This document shows, piece by piece, positions 59,523 through 60,472 of a stretch of 60,472 bases of DNA. The stretch covers positions 1 through 60,472 of the forward strand of contig JAYEIF010000104.1 in NCBI GenBank assembly GCA_034659895.1, read 5' to 3'. The stretch is from Candidatus Zixiibacteriota bacterium. GTDB taxonomy: Bacteria > Zixibacteria > MSB-5A5 > GN15 > FEB-12. The notes under the pieces are model-generated. The model made no database searches and was not told the origin of the DNA. It was given only the letters and a program-made list of their open reading frames with translations. The position numbers were made by a program, and so were the translations under genes. Positions within the stretch are counted from its first letter, which is position 1; each line of letters begins with the position of its first letter.

Positions 59523-59626
59523 CTGTTGAGAAGTATGGCACATCGATTGCTTAAATAAAAGCGTCTTTTGCTTTCTTTAGTGTCGTCTTTGTACGACTGA
59601 TTACATTTTTCCTTTTTGGTGGTTTA

Positions 59627-59668
59627 CCATCCGTGCTTGAGGGGAGCACGGGTGGTTATTTATTTGTT
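59627..59668 (+). terminator. Strong hairpin plus T-rich tract (plus-strand terminator signature)
   Basis: CCATCCGTGCT-tgagggg-AGCACGGGTGG (11 bp including one G.T) followed by TTATTTATTTGTT. No plus-strand CDS lies upstream. Confidence 0.4.
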
Positions 59669-59737
59669 CATCTGTTATTATTTGGGTTAGACACTAACAA
59701 TGCCAATTGAATTAAGCTGTATGTAAGCAATTTTAAC

Positions 59738-60376
59738 CTATTTTTTTTGTCGAAACAGATTCAGTCGTTCGATTATAACTTCCCGTGCTTTCCTCAAAGC
59801 TTTTCCTCGATGTGAGACGAGATTTTTCTTCTCAAGGGTCATTTCTGAGAACCGTTTTCCAGCTGGCGGATAATAAAACACCGGATCATACCCAAAGCCG
59901 CGAACGGTTCCTATATCTTCAGTTATTACGCCTTCGACGGAACCGTCCACTATGTCCAAACCGTTCTGTGATACTGAAGAAGAAGTGCCTCCGGCACTCC
60001 AGTCGATGGCTATGACGCAATGAAAACGGGCGGTACGTTTTTCGGTCGGAATGCCCTTGAGTTCGGTCATCAGCTTTTCGTTGTTTTTGAGGTAAGCTGG
60101 TTCTTTGCCGCTGTAGCGGGCGGAGTGGACTCCGGGCTTACCGTCGAGAGCGTCAACTTCGAGACCGCTGTCATCGGCGAGAGCGGGGAGATTACAAAAT
60201 TTCGCGATACCGGTTGCTTTGAGGATAGCGTTTTCTTCGAGGGTGGAGCCGGTTTCTTCGATATCGGGAAACTCAAGAAAATCATCGCGGGTGAGGATAG
60301 TGATGGGAAGATCATCGAGGAGTTGTTTGATTTCCCGAATTTTGTCTTGATTGTTAGTGGCGAGGATTATTTGCAT
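59738..60376 (-). CDS. rdgB: Non-canonical purine NTP pyrophosphatase (RdgB/HAM1 family)
   Basis: 212 aa, motifs ATNNQDKIREI, ADDSGLEVDAL.G.PGV.SARY, GFGYDP.F and SHRG.A. Confidence 0.92.
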   Translation of the reverse strand: MQIILATNNQDKIREIKQLLDDLPITILTRDDFLEFPDIEETGSTLEENAILKATGIAKFCNLPALADDSGLEVDALDGKPGVHSARYSGKEPAYLKNNEKLMTELKGIPTEKRTARFHCVIAIDWSAGGTSSSVSQNGLDIVDGSVEGVITEDIGTVRGFGYDPVFYYPPAGKRFSEMTLEKKNLVSHRGKALRKAREVIIERLNLFRQKK

Positions 60377-60472
60377 GGGGGTATGTTATCTACAACAAGT
60401 CGTGCATATATTTACTCAATATCCACTTATATCAACTCGTGTGACGTTTTCAATGTGGTAGCCAAGGAAACG

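Noticed and set aside
59358-59558. 66-aa ORF in the 625-nt gap
   Set aside because: It has a TTG start and no RBS, with hydrophobic and His/Cys-scattered composition typical of random AT-rich translation. The region is better explained as RNA structure or regulatory DNA.
1-60472. Search for CRISPR arrays, transposases, integrases, toxin-antitoxin pairs and known multi-gene defence systems
   Set aside because: I saw no regularly spaced direct repeats and no ORF with recognisable transposase, integrase, recombinase, reverse-transcriptase or Cas motifs. The only mobile-like signal is the hairpin-flanked GIY-YIG gene, reported in the findings.
1-60472. Search for selenoprotein genes (in-frame TGA) near selC, selA and selB
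   Set aside because: I found no pair of adjacent same-frame ORFs separated by a single TGA, and no truncated homologue of known selenoproteins. This cannot be excluded without a dedicated SECIS and TGA-aware search.

Overview
This 60.5-kb window is mostly conserved core chromosome from an AT-rich bacterium. The gene content suggests an anaerobic amino-acid and acyl-CoA degrader of the FCB-superphylum type (SprA-like giant outer-membrane protein, selenocysteine machinery, NfnAB); I cannot name the species from sequence alone.

Layout:
(1) 1-700: a GC-rich repeat, tRNA-Gly(UCC), a 352-nt spacer and tRNA-Thr(GGU).
(2) 726-17656: tuf followed by an uninterrupted S10-spc-alpha ribosomal super-operon (rpsJ to rplQ, including secY, adk, map, infA, rpmJ and rpoA). 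rpmJ is missing from the ORF track.
(3) 17.7-23.3 kb: thiamine pyrophosphokinase, then a leucine-type cluster on the + strand: methylcrotonyl-CoA carboxylase beta, enoyl-CoA hydratase, biotin carboxylase and a separate BCCP.
(4) 23.4-24.3 kb: an orphan gene with two tandem GIY-YIG nuclease-like domains, flanked by two homologous hairpins.
(5) 24.3-28.7 kb, - strand: two acyl-CoA dehydrogenases, hbd and thiolase.
(6) 28.9-36.2 kb: small OM beta-barrel protein, tRNA-Sec, EamA transporter, ornithine-type aminotransferase, NfnAB-like pair, a second copy of the GC-rich repeat, and queG.
(7) 36.3-48.5 kb, - strand: amidohydrolase, selB, selA, a 2021-aa SprA-like protein and murB.
(8) 48.7-60.4 kb: DUF1844-like protein, recG, a YggS-like protein, an unknown 418-aa protein divergent from a beta-helix membrane protein, ggt, a GH35-like protein, a 625-nt gene-free structured region, and rdgB.

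I saw no CRISPR array, transposase, integrase or recognisable multi-gene defence system. The least ordinary items are:
- the hairpin-flanked tandem GIY-YIG gene
- the GC-rich modular repeat family
- the structured gene-free region at 59.1-59.7 kb
- the uncharacterised divergent gene pair at 52.3-55.2 kb

All functional calls come from reading motifs and from remembered family signatures. No database search was run.
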